A stretch of DNA of 64,000 nucleotides from positions 7,626,001-7,690,000 of the forward strand of contig OZ024760.1 of NCBI GenBank assembly GCA_964016885.1, given 5' to 3'. Below the pieces are notes generated by a model that was not told the origin of the DNA, ran no database searches, and saw nothing but the letters and a program-made list of their open reading frames with translations. The position numbers and the translations under genes are program-made. Shown here piece by piece: positions 1 through 12,080 of this stretch. The stretch comes from Eledone cirrhosa (lineage: Eukaryota). Within the stretch, counting starts at the first letter, position 1, and the number at the start of each line of letters is the position of its first letter.

Positions 1-858
1 GCTGCAGTAGTGGAAGACCAAGAAAGACCTGGATGGAAGTGGAGGGAGGCTGCAGTAGTGGAAGACCAAGGCAGACCTGGATGGAAGTGGAGGGAGGCTG
101 TAATAGTGGAAGACCAAGGCAGACCTGGGTGGAAGTGGAGAGAGGCTGCAATAGTGGAAGACCAAGGCAGACCTGGATGGAAGTGGAGAGAGGCTGCAGT
201 AGTGGAAGACCAAGGCAGACCTGGGTGGAAGTGGAGAGAGGCTGCAATAGTGGAAGACCAAGGCAGACCTGGGTGGAAGTGGAGAGAGGCTGCAATAGTG
301 GAAGACCAAGGCAGACCTGGGTGGAAGTGGAGGGAGGCTGTAATAGTGGAAGACCAAGGCAGGCCTGGGTGGAAGTGGAGAGAGGCTGCAGTAGTGGAAG
401 ACCAAGGCAGACCTGGATGGAAGTGGAGGGAGGCTGCAGTAGTGGAAGACCAAGGCAGGCCTGGGTGGAAGTGGAGAGAGGCTGCAATAGTGGAAGACCA
501 AGGCAGACCTGGGTGGAAGTGGAGGGAGGCTGCAGTAGTGGAAGACCAAGGCAGACCTGGATGGAAGTGGAGGGAGGCTGTAATAGTGGAAGACCAAGGC
601 AGACCTGGGTGGAAGTGGAGAGAGGCTGCAATAGTGGAAGACCAAGGCAGACCTGGGTGGAAGTGGAGGGAGGCTGCAGTAGTGGAAGATCAAGGCAGAC
701 CTGGGTGGAAGTGGAGAGAGGCTGCAATAGTGGAAGACCAAGGCAGACCTGGGTGGAAGTGGAGAGAGGCTGCAGTAGTGGAAGACCAAGGCAGACCTGG
801 ATGGAAGTGGAGAGAGGCTGCAATAGTGGAAGACCAAGGCAGACCTGGATGGAAGTGG
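1..858 (+). repeat. 48-bp minisatellite, ~18 copies (runs off window start)
   Basis: unit gctgcagtagtggaagaccaaggcagacctggRtggaagtggagRgag. Confidence 0.97.
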
Positions 859-1008
859 TGTGAGAGCTGATTTCAGATTACTAATGTTCATGGAAGAGAA
901 GACAAAGGAACACAACAAGTGGAGAAATGGTATACCGAGATGGACATGTCCAACCTATGCAAGCGTGGAACAACAAAGATGTGATGATGATGATGATGAT
1001 TATGATGA
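859..1008 (+). mobile_element. RTE-type LINE 3' end with (GAT)n tail
   Basis: GRPRQTWMEVV-RADFRLL...KEHNKWR resembles the RTE ORF2 C-terminus; homologous to 36370-36543. Confidence 0.7.
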
Positions 1009-1036
1009 ATGTAATACAATAGCCTTAGTTTGTTAC

Positions 1037-1149
1037 CTCGTCCTCATCTTCTTCATCTTCATGTTCTTCGTCATCTTCATTGTCGCACACATCACCTTCC
1101 TCGTCCCCTGAACCACTTTCCTCTTCAGAACCTTCTTCTTCGTGGACAT
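1037..1149 (-). CDS. HUWE1: HUWE1 exon 50 (D/E-rich)
   Basis: DVHEEEGSEEESGSGDEEGDVCDNEDDEEHEDEEDEDE; matches the acidic tract of HUWE1; donor GTAACA. Confidence 0.84.
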
Positions 1150-1746
1150 CTGGTGAAAGCAAAAAAAAACAAAAAACATTGATCATCAATGAATCAATCA
1201 CTGAGGGGAACCAATCAATATGATTACGGGTGAAAGCCAGGTGTAAATATCAAGATTTACCGTAGAACCATCAAAGCAACTAACAGATTTTACTAAGGAA
1301 ATATTCTGCACTAGACCCCAACACACAAATATATTCCTGCCTTTACTATTATTATTATACATTATTTTGAAGTTATTACCACTATATCCACTAATATGAT
1401 AGCATATATATATATATATATATATACACATACATATACACACACGTGTGTAAAGTAGTATGTTATTTGAAGGCTACAACAATGCAAAATGGACGGTAGA
1501 TTTTGGAATAAATTGAAGGCAACAAAGATGTTAGTGTGTCACCTGTTATTTTATTTACCTGTTCTAATATTCCGAGTCTAAAACCCTTCGTCAGAAAACT
1601 AAAATAAGAAACAGGATCGAAGTTCGTACTTTTGACATTTTTCTACTGTCCAGTTTGCATTGTCATAACTGTCAAATAACATACTGCTTCATACACTAAC
1701 ACAATACTTTAAGCACACTACAATACCGTCATATATATATATATAT

Positions 1747-2064
1747 GGAAGCACATGGCTTAGTGGTTAGAGCATTGGCCTTGCAATCGAAAGGTTGTGA
1801 GTTCAATTCTCAGACTGGGTGATGTGTTGTTTCCTTGAGCAAGACACTTTATTTCACATTGCTCCAGTTTACTCAGCTGTAGAAATGAGATGATAGGGAC
1901 CCCAGTCTGCAAAGTGGTCGTGGAGGTGCCACGGCAAAAAAGCACCCAGCACTCACTGTAAATGAGGTTGGTGTTAGGAAGGGCATCCACCTGTAGAAAT
2001 CAAGCCAGTATCAGTTCCCGTCCCACCCTTGCAAGCAGGGAAAAGTGGATGTAAAATGAAATGA
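1747..2064 (+). mobile_element. tRNA-derived CORE-like SINE, young subfamily
   Basis: A box TGGCTTAGTGG, B box GTTCAATTC, ccttgagcaagacacttt core, RTE-like tail; near-identical to 33404-33731(-), 36588-36899(+), 47539-47868(-). Confidence 0.85.
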
Positions 2065-2916
2065 TATACACACACATACATAAAACTGGCTTGGTCTGTG
2101 ATAACCTGAACAACATTTGCTAGTAGGGAAAATGGGCGTTAAATGGTGATTGTCTTATTATATGTGTGCGCATGTAAGCAGTTTAGAATAGGTATACTGT
2201 ATCCCTCCATGTCATAAGAGGCAACTAAAAGGGTTGGTGTCAAGAAGGGCGTCATCCGGCTGAAAACATTGCCTCAAAACAATCCTGTCAAACCCATGCT
2301 AGCATGGAAAAGTTGATGTAAAAAACAATAAGATCACACATAGCAACAGAGAGAACCATTAGCTCCAAACAACAGACTTACAACACACACACACACAAAC
2401 ACACATATATATGTAAATTTACAATAAATCTATATTTACAGACACACTCACTCACAAAATAGTAGAATGCTTAAACACTGAGCAATTGCAGAAAAATAAC
2501 TTATTTAAGTATTACAAACAAAAAAATTATAGATAAAAAGTTAAAATATTAAGCTAAAAGATGTGTTTGTGAGAGTGTGTGAGTCTGAGTATAGTTCATG
2601 TATAAGCCTGTCTATTATGGCTGGTGCCAAAATCAATAACATTTTAGCATCTTTAAAATAAAAGACACAACACAAATATAAATATATAAAAAGCCATTTA
2701 AGCTGGTTTTCTCCAGTTAGTCACAACCAAAGCTGTTTAACCATTGAGCCACGATGGGGAAGAAGCAGTCTTGGAGGAGGACGAGAAGGAGGAGAGAGGG
2801 GAGAAGCTGATAGGGAGTGGGTGGGGCAGTTTGGGAGGGATTGAAGAGGAAGCAGAGGAATAGGAAGCCCCCTGTGCTACAAAGTGAACACAATTTAACC
2901 CAAGCTTTTGACTAAC

Positions 2917-3063
2917 CTTCATTATTTTCAGCATCCTCACCTTCAGAACTCTCTTGACTTATCATCTGAGAATCATGCCTGTCTATCTCTTCCTGCTCGA
3001 CATCAACATCAATAATAACATCTGGAGACTCGTCATCATTGTGAGCCGACAAAGGTTCTTCAG
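2917..3063 (-). CDS. HUWE1: HUWE1 exon 49 (acidic)
   Basis: AEEPLSAHNDDESPDVIIDVDVEQEEIDRHDSQMISQESSEGEDAENNE. Confidence 0.83.
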
Positions 3064-3341
3064 CTGAAACAGACAGGCAGGTTTACTCCAGAAACATGTC
3101 TCATAAGCCAAGCTCGGAACATTACTAACCCCTAATCTAATTATAAGTCACTCCAGTAGCACAGCCCACCAACTACACTGGAATCCCTTAGAAAGCCATT
3201 ATTAATGTCACAGGGTTTAAGGAAATTTATAAAAATAAAAACCGAAAGCAAAACAAAACAACAAAAAAAAAAAACAACCACTGATTAGGATAAAGAGTTT
3301 CAACTAACTTCCCTCTCGCAGACAAACAAAGAAACACCTAC

Positions 3342-3441
3342 CTGTTTCCATAATTATTTCACTAATAACTTGCTGTTCAGCATCACGGCCCGAATCTCTT
3401 TGAAATAGTTCATCTATTACATGGTCTAAGTTACTGTGAGC
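3342..3441 (-). CDS. HUWE1: HUWE1 exon 48
   Basis: AHSNLDHVIDELFQRDSGRDAEQQVISEIIMET (cf. human LEDLIDELLERD). Confidence 0.86.
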
Positions 3442-5944
3442 CTGAAGAAAGAAGTTTATATTTCATAAAATTGACAGTAAATACAATCATTTCTAAAGAA
3501 TATCTAAAAAGAAAAGAACCCCCCCCCCCCCAAAATCCCTATTTATTTACAGACATTTTCATATTCTACTACGCTGTGTCTGTTTATCATGGTCGGTGAC
3601 AATACCTATCACTAAAGTTTTAGAGCAGAGGTTTCCAAACTTTTTGGGTCACCGCCCCTCTCTACGGCAACGTAACATTCTCAGCGTCCTCCACCCCTAT
3701 TTTCAGAAAGACCTGCCTACAGCAAAAAAAAAAAGCACCCACCACTCACTGTAAATGAGGGTGTTAGGAAGGGCATCCAGCTGTAGAAATCAAGCCAGAA
3801 TCAGTTCCCATCCCACCCTTGCAAGCAGAGAAAAGCGGACGTAAAATGATGATGATGATGAGTTACCGGTGGCTTATTTTATCGACCCCCATAAGGATGT
3901 AGCAAAGCTAACCTCAGCAGGATTTGAACTCAGAACTATATGCCACAAAGCATGTTGTCCGATGCTCTATCGATTACTATCATAATAATAACGGTTTCTT
4001 ATATAGGCACAAGGCCAGCAATTTTGGGGGGAGGGGAAAGTCGATTAAATCGACCCCAGTGTATTACTGGTACTTTATTTTATCGACCCCTATAAGGATG
4101 AAAGGCAAAGTTAACCTCAGCAGGATTTGAACTCAGAACTATATGCCACAAAGCATGTTGTCCGATGCTCTATCGATTACTATCATAATAATAATAATTG
4201 TTTCTACATTTGGCACAAGACCAACAATTACTCCAGTGTATTACTGGTGCTTTATTTTATCGACCCCGTAAGGATGAAAGGCAAAGTCAACCTCGGCGGG
4301 ATTTGAACTCAGATCGTAAAGGGACGTAACTTAATAATAATAATACCAAAAGACTGACAGATCCCTTAACTGCTTGTGTTATGAATAACTTTGAAAATAT
4401 TTGAAATTATTAGACAAGTAGAAATGCCTGGTAGAGAATTATGACAATATAAAATATAAAACAAGCCAACATGAAGGAAATATGTAAAAATATATTCAAA
4501 TATTCAAGTTACAACATTTTTTTTTTAAAAAGTTATAAAGTTATATATATATATATATATATATATATGTAAATGTGGTTGATGTTGAGAAGGGCATCCA
4601 GCTGTAAAAATCCTGACCAAATTTAGTCCCATCAGAGCAAGGTACAACATGGCCCATCCTGGCCAGACTGGTCTCTCGGCACGGACAACCCATCTGATTC
4701 ATGCAAACATGGAAAAATGGACGTTAAATGATGAGCATGATATATATATATATTCTTGCACATTTATACAATATTATATAGTCACAGATGTAGGTGTCAC
4801 GATAAAAAGCACCCAGTACTCACTGTAAAGTGGTCAGGTAGGTGTCACGACTAAAAGCACCCAGTACTCACTGTAAATGTGGTTGGCATTAAGAAGGGCA
4901 TCCAGCTGTAGAAATCTAGCCAGAAACACTTCTGTATGAGCAGGACACGGTCAACTGATCCAACTTGCCTCAAATGGGACAACCCATCTAACCCATACTA
5001 GAGTGGAAAGTGGACGTTAAACAATGATGATGATTATGTATTGGCAGAGTTGTTAGAACGTTGAGTAGAATTCTTTGTGGTATTTGTTCTGGCTTTCTGT
5101 ACTGTACACTCTGTTCATTTCAAATCTCGCCAGGGTCAACTTTGCCCTTCATTCTTTTGAGGTCAATAAAAAATGTACCAGTCTAATACTGGGGTTGATT
5201 CTTAATATCTCTCACACTATCATCCATCCATGTATCATGACTCCCTCAGGAGTTACAGGTCCATACACATGTTTCATTTTACATCAGCTAAACATTCCAG
5301 CATACAATGGTCTCCACTGTTAACATTCTGAACCAGTTCTCATTTGGAATTATTGCTGAACATATTATATATTACAATTTATAGCAGGGTTTCTATGGCT
5401 GGGTGCCCTTCCTAACATCCACCACTTTACAGAGTTTAACCAGGTGCATTTAATCATGGTACCAGCTTTAGAGAAGGTGTCATGTATTCAACAAGACTAA
5501 AGCGTCCCCACTATCCTATGTCTTCAATCATCAGTCACTTTACAGAAAGTGCTGAGTGCATTTAATCCTTTAGCATTTACATTACTCTCTATATACTACT
5601 GTATTTTCACAGAAAAAGCTTTATCTCACATAATATCGAATCTATGAGATTTTGATATTTATTTTGAGAACAATACCTTAACATCGGTATGAGCAGCCAG
5701 TTACAACCGGTTTGAACAGAAAGAGGGGAGAGAATTCTGGCTGGATACAGCTGGTTTAAATTCTAAAGGGTTAATCATGGTACCAGCTTTAAAGAATTCC
5801 TCCTACACTATACTGTCTCCATTGAATCATCAGCCACTTTAAATATGTCTGAAAAATCTAACAAACATCACCTCAAAAAGACAGCTTAGAAAAGGTCATC
5901 CCCACCCCCTCAATACCATCAAACTTAAACACTTTGAAAATGAG

Positions 5945-6237
5945 TGGTTTTGTCACATAGAACCAGAACTGGTTTTGTTTCATAGAATCAGAGACTGTTT
6001 TGGAGTTGTTTTGTTACATAGAACCAGAGTTGGTTTAGGGAGTTGTTTTGTTACATAGAACCAGAGCTGGTTTGGGGAGTGGTTTTGTTACATAGAACCA
6101 GAGCTGGTTTGGGGAGTGGTTTTGTTACATAGAACCAGAGTTGGTTTAGGGAGTTGTTTTGTTACATAGAACCAGAGCTGGTTTTGTTACATAGAACCAG
6201 TGCTGGTTTTGTTACATAGAACCAGTGCTGGTTTTGA
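5945..6237 (+). repeat. 37/25-bp minisatellite
   Basis: unit gttttgttacatagaaccagagctg(gtttggggagtg). Confidence 0.9.
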
Positions 6238-6282
6238 CCAGGTATGTATCAAAAAGATTAGAGGGTTAAACAATTCATTTAC

Positions 6283-6401
6283 CTGTAATTCACTTTCCAC
6301 AGACTCTGCAGCAGTAACAGTTGATTCTGTGATGATATCTGACTGGTCAGCAGCTGCATCTTCCAATTCTAAAGTACTAGAGTTTTGTTGATTTTCTCCT
6401 C
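6283..6401 (-). CDS. HUWE1: HUWE1 exon 47
   Basis: GGENQQNSSTLELEDAAADQSDIITESTVTAAESVESELQ; phase-consistent. Confidence 0.82.
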
Positions 6402-7014
6402 CTAAAAGGGAACCAAAAAAGCCTATTTCACTATTACAGCCATTGAGAGAGACCAAAAAACAGTGGTACTGCCATATCAACTTTCACTCTACTCAACTAA
6501 CACATCCATGATAAACACAGCAATTTTTAATTGAACAAAAAAAAAAAACAACAACTATGAATCTTTCTAGACCCTCTGTCCCCATGTCTTTCAAATAATT
6601 TTGAAAATAATCAAGAATCGTGAAGGATTTAGTGAAATAATTTTCCCATTAAATTTACATTTGGGACATAACTTGCCAAATGGTCTTACATATATTATGA
6701 TGGAAGGTTTTTATATAAATATTTCAAGCCTTTTATTACGATGTTTCAAACGAAATTCTCTAAAAATTTCTTTGAAAATCATGGACAAAGTAATCAAAAA
6801 TTCGGAGAGATTGAGTGAAAAAATTCTCTATAGTAATCTGATGTTTGGAACACAACAAAGGTTCTTAGGTAAAATTAGGATCGTAGGTTTATGGATAAAT
6901 ATAAAAACTTTATTAAACAAACAGTTATGTATCAGAGTAGAACCAGGGAACAATTTTGGGTGGATCACTTATCAAACAAGCTTTTAACTTTCACTTAAAA
7001 ATGTTGTTACTTAC

Positions 7015-7570
7015 CCTCCACATTGTTAGCAAGTGTTTCCACAAAGGAGTTAACTTCCCGGCTAATTCCTTGGTTTTTAGACCTTGATTTAGTAGAAAGT
7101 GCCTGCGGTTGGTTCACAATCCTTGACAATGTTTCCAAAGGTTTCAGTGTGGCATTGATGGTAGAAGCCATGTAAGGACTGGACAGGTCAAGACTATGAG
7201 GGACTCGAGCAAGGTCGTTGACCAAGCCTCGTTTAATCAACGTCTTCACCACAACGTTCATCAGGTTTTGCTGACCTTTAAATACTTGATTTGGTACCTG
7301 ACCAGGTGTTGGGCAAGATTCAATCATTGTGCTGATAATGCCTGTTAATGCTTGTATACGAAAGTGTTTCTCGGAACTTTCAGGAAGATTCAGAGCCCTC
7401 TGCAAGGCTGATTTTACTTCAATAGCTAACTGGGTCTGAGCGTCAGGACAGTGATTGCAAGAGGCAATGCTAGCAATTAAAACCCTTGATAAAGCTGGAC
7501 AGTCACGGTCCCCGGATGTTTGGCAGGGCGGTAACAACTGGTCAAGAACAAAAGCCAACATGTTGCAATT
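7015..7570 (-). CDS. HUWE1: HUWE1 exon 46 (556 nt)
   Basis: NCNMLAFVLDQLLP...GLVNDLARVPHSLDLSSP...LKPLETLSRIVNQP. Confidence 0.95.
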
Positions 7571-7724
7571 CTGAAATAGATTTTTTAAAAATTCAATATT
7601 TAGACACGTGAAGATCTTTTAAAAAAATATCCAATAAAAACAAAAAAGAAAAACTATCTTTCAATTCAGGATAACAAGTAATTCCTATAACAGTCATCAC
7701 AACAATACTAAGTGTTTTAAAGTG

Positions 7725-8040
7725 ATGGCACATGGCTTAGTGATTAGAGTGTTGTTGGGCTTGCAACCATGAGGTTTTGAATTCAATTCTCTAACAGAGA
7801 GATGCGTAGTATCCTTGAGCAAGACACTTTATTTCCCATTGCTCTAGTTCCCTCAGGGGTAGAAATGAACTGTGACGTCATTGGTGCCAAGCTGTATCGG
7901 ACATTGCCTTTCCCTTGGACATCATTGGTGTGGAGAGGGAAGACCGGTATACAGAAACAACCTCGTCCAGACTTATGCCTTGGAGGGGAACTTTCTAGAA
8001 ACAAATTCAGTAATTATTTGTAACTGAAGGGGGTCTTCCC
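7725..8040 (+). mobile_element. CORE-like SINE with gtgccaagctg...gcctttcccttggac body (also 39140-39430 -)
   Basis: tRNA head and core; shared body in opposite orientation at 39140-39430. Confidence 0.72.
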
Positions 8041-8579
8041 CATCAAGTGTTTTAAGGTCTTTTTCAATGATAAAGCAGGAGATAACTTTGTGGAGTTCTA
8101 AGGATAAGCTTTTCTCATAAGCTTTTCCATTCTACCCTTTCATGTTGGATGTGGGTATAAAGCTAAGAAAAGTTAAGAACTAATGATTTTAGTAAAACAT
8201 ATTTAAAGTTAATTCCTTTATTAACATATTTCTAATGAAAGACACTACCCATAATTTTTCAAATTATCTTGAAGATAATCACAAACTTGAAGAGATTTAG
8301 TAATATAACCAATTTTCTCATTATTTACCCAGTCCACACTGTAAAGAGATTGTTTTGGTTCCACAAATAAAGCACTCAGTCCACACAGTAAATGGGGTTG
8401 GTGTTAAGAAGGGTATCCAGCCATAGGAACCAAATCAGAAAGTTCTGTATGAGCAAGTCACAGTCAACTGACCTGACTTGTCTCACAACAGGACAATTCA
8501 TTTAACTCATGCTAACATGGAAAAAAAAAAGGATGTTAAACAGTGATGATGATGATGATGTTTGGAGCATAAAGATTCT

Positions 8580-8838
8580 CAGATTAACTCAAGGAAGGTG
8601 TTGGACATGCAAAAGTCAATCTTGCAAAATGGGGATATTTAAAGGATGGGGACGTTGTGTGTGACTGCAGCATCGAACCAGACTACACAGCACCTCCTGA
8701 TATGCCCCCTGCACAGCATTGGACTTGGCAGAGTTTAATGAGAAAGGACAGCAAATTGTTCAGCTGTGGCGGAACCACATCTAGCCAAGCTTTGTAACTG
8801 TCACTCTTGTTGACACGACAGGACGAAATAAATAATAA
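8580..8838 (+). mobile_element. RTEX/I-group-like LINE 3' fragment
   Basis: translates (frameshifted) to NLAKWGY...CDCSIEP..TQHLLICP, a C-terminal CCHC knuckle; A-rich tail. Confidence 0.6.
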
Positions 8839-9016
8839 ACAGCTTTGTGTCATAGAACCGAGGGTGGTTTGAAATGAAAAACAGTCAATCCCTCTGACCC
8901 GCTGAATATCATAATAGAATCAGATGGCAACAGAGACTGAAGGGAATCCGTGCTGGCTGTGTGACCTATTGATTGATTGGTGGTAAAAACCATTCAAACC
9001 ATTTTTGACTACTCAC

Positions 9017-9220
9017 CTCAGTAATAAGTTCACTTTGACCAGCAGTGTACTTGTGTTCTGTTATCAACTGAGTGCATGTACTGTAGGACTTAACTATTTC
9101 TGACAACAGGCGCAGGATGGCTGACTTGGGGAGCAAGGGTTTTTGCCCTTGGTCATCAGCAACAGGTTTTTGTTCTTTCCCAGGTTCACTTACATCTTTT
9201 TCTGTGACATCAGGAACAGG
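9017..9220 (-). CDS. HUWE1: HUWE1 exon 45
   Basis: PVPDV...KPLLPKSAILRLLSEIVKSY...YTAGQSELITE. Confidence 0.92.
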
Positions 9221-9274
9221 CTGCAAGAGAAAAGTTTAAAGTTTACAAACAAAACATTAGGGAACATCAAAGGA

Positions 9275-10020
9275 AGGATATAACTGGACATTTATAGGTG
9301 TAAAAATGGCAGTGTGATTAAGGAAAGAGTTCAGAATATAAATGGATATTTATAGATGTAAACATGGCTGTGTGGTTAAGGAAAGAGTTCAGAATATAAA
9401 TGGATATTTATAGATGTAAACATGGCAGTGTGATTAAGGAAAGAGTTCAGAATATAAATGGATATTTATAGATGTAAACATGGCAGTGTGATTAAGGAAA
9501 GAGTTCAGAATATAAATGGATATTTATAGATGTAAACATGGCTGTGTGGCTCAGGAAAGAGTTCAGAATATAAATGGATATTTATAGATGTAAACATGGC
9601 AGTGTGGTTAAGGAAAGAGTTCAGAATATAAATGGATATTTATAGATGTAAACATGGCTGTGTGGTTAAGGAAAGAGTTCAGAATATAAATGGATATTTA
9701 TAGATGTAAACATGGCTGTGTGGTTAAGGAAAGAGTTCAGAATATAAATGGATATTTATAGATGTAAACATGGCAGTGTGATTAAGGAAAGAATTCAGAA
9801 TATAAATGGATATTTATAGATGTAAACATGGCAGTGTGATTAAGGAAAGAGTTCAGAATATAAATGGATATTTATAGATGTAAACATGGCTGTGTGGTTC
9901 AGGAAAGAGTTCAGAATATAAATGGATATTTATAAATGTAAACATGGCTGTGTGGTTAAGGAAAGAGTTCAGAATATAAATGGATATTTATAGATGTAAA
10001 CATGGCTGTGTGGTTAAGGA
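9275..10020 (+). repeat. 58-bp minisatellite, ~13 copies
   Basis: ggaaagagttcagaatataaatggatatttatagatgtaaacatggctgtgtggttaa. Confidence 0.96.
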
Positions 10021-10890
10021 AGTTCGCTTTGCAATCACACAATTTAAGGTTCAGTCCCATGGCGTGGCACCTTGGGCAAGTGTCTTCTAACTATTGCATT
10101 TGATTGACTTGTGCCTTGTGTGAAATTTGGTAGGCAGAAACTTCGAAGTCACTATCACTTTTCTACTTCCAAAATAAATTTCTACACCCTACCCAAAAGT
10201 AAATACTGTGGTATTTTAAACCCATTCTTGTGTGAGTCTATGTCTATATTTACTGTTTCGTTATCCCATGTAACTTGGCAGTTCAACAATTAAATAAAAT
10301 AAATACCAGTCTTGAAAAAAATACTGGGATTAATGTAACTGCTAGATCCTAGTGTTTTGGGCATTTTAAACCTGGATGATTCCATCCTCTCTCTCTCTCT
10401 CTCTAGGACTAACATCAGAAAGCATTCTATCTGACGTTATAATTGTTTCTACTTTTGGTACAAGGCCAGCAATTACCCCAGTACATTACTGGCGCTTTAT
10501 TTTATCGACCCCATAAAGATAAAAGGCAAAGTTAACCTCAGCGTGATTTAAACTCAGAGCGTAAAGGGCCATAATTATGCTGCAAAGCATGGTGTCTGAC
10601 GCTCTACCAATACTGTCAATCCACTGCCCTTATCTTACGTTATAAGGACTGCCAGTTTGCTGCTTCGTTTAGGAACACGGGTAAAATTCTGTTATAACAA
10701 ATAATACCATTATATCAAACTTTTCAGCATAAAACTTTTTTTCAACCCTCGAGGTAACACACAAAAGCTCGATTTGTTTAGGTCGATCTCGTTATAAAGA
10801 ATTTTTCATTACAACAAATTTTTTTTTTATACCCAGTGAATTTCACTGTATACACCCACTGCATACAGAAACAAATAATGAGATATTCAC

Positions 10891-11006
10891 CATTGGAGCA
10901 AGGCTAACAGCATTCTGTTCCATGAGAGGTGGATCAGCATTCAAACTATTTGATGACAGGTCTGTGGCTAATTCTTGGGTGGTAGATGCAACCTGGCCAG
11001 TTGGTC
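10891..11006 (-). CDS. HUWE1: HUWE1 exon 44
   Basis: RPTGQVASTTQELATDLSSNSLNADPPLMEQNAVSLAPM; open, AG/GT, bridges phase 1 to phase 0; weak homology. Confidence 0.78.
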
Positions 11007-11349
11007 CTGTAAATAAAAGTAGAAATAATGAGAGTCAAAGAAAAAGTTACCTTGAAACTAAAATCTGAAATACTCAGCAACAAAATATTTATATTTATAG
11101 ATTCTTTTGTTTTCAATATTCAACATACAAATACATCTCAGACTAACCCAGCACAAGAAATAAATAATAATCTTTAATTTAGATACAAGACAAGCAATAT
11201 TTTTTTTTTTTTTTGTGGGGAACAAAGTTGATTAAATGAACCCCGAAAGTATTAAAGGCAAAGTTGACATTGATTCAAACTCAATGTAAAGAGCCAGAAC
11301 AAATATCATAATGGCATTTTACCTGATGCTCAACCAATTCTGCCAAATC

Positions 11350-12080
11350 TATGGTTTCCGATTTAGGCACAAGGCCAACAATTTTTTGGGAAGGGGAAAA
11401 TCGATTAAATCAACCCGTGCGTTTCTGGTACTTATTTTATTGACCCCGTAAGGCATAATTTGAACTCAGAAAGTGAAGGGCCATTCTCAATTCAAATCCT
11501 GATGAGGTTACATAATAAAAGTTTTTACTTTTGGCACAAGGCCAGCAATTACCCCAATTACGACCCCGCAAGGATGAAAGGCAAAGTTAACCTCAGTGGG
11601 ATTTGAACTCAGAACGCAAAGGGCCACAACTCTATGGTGCAAAGCATGGTGTCTGACGCTCTACTGATACTGCCAATCCACCACCCTGGGGTTAAATAAT
11701 AATTGTTTCAATTTTGGTACAAGGTCAGCAGCAATTATCCCAGTGCATTACTGGTACTTTATTTTATCAACCCCATAAGGATGGAAGGCAAAGTTAACCT
11801 CGGCAGGATTTGAACTCAGACTGTAAAGGGCCGTAACTCTGCTGCAAAACATGGCGTCAGACCCTCTACCGATACTGCCAATCCACCGCCCTTAACCTAA
11901 ATAATAATTTTCTACTTATGGCACAAGGCCAGCAATTACCCCAGTACATTACTGGTACTTTATTTTATCGACCCCGTATGGATGAAAGGCAAAGTTAACC
12001 TCGGCGGGATTTGAACTCTGAACATCAAGGGCCGTAACTCTTTGCTGCAAAGCATGGTGTCTCGCCCTCTACCGATAAAA
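11350..12080 (-). mobile_element. Tandem cluster of Meta-domain-like tRNA SINEs (others at 3865-4340, 10440-10633, 18645-18850, 28970-29420, 40985-41150, 44785-45330; + copies at 5040-5200, 50740-50905)
   Basis: recurrent gagttcaaatcccgccgaggttaactttgcctttcatccttacggggtcgataaaataaagtaccag on minus; resembles MetaSINE central domain as recalled. Confidence 0.75.

Noticed and set aside
10-870. 286-aa and 276-aa repetitive ORFs as novel proteins
   Set aside because: Artefact of a stop-free 48-bp minisatellite derived from a LINE end, antisense within a HUWE1 intron
1747-1820. tRNA genes
   Set aside because: A/B boxes belong to SINE heads; no complete cloverleaf, and they run into SINE bodies
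6601-6987. 128-aa plus-strand ORF
   Set aside because: Lies in a dispersed AT-rich repeat also seen at ~30410, 34000 and 39530; no recognisable protein motif
9275-10020. CRISPR-like arrays (also 16700-17430, 19288-19580, 63580-64000)
   Set aside because: Units repeat head-to-tail with no unique spacers; eukaryotic intron, no cas genes
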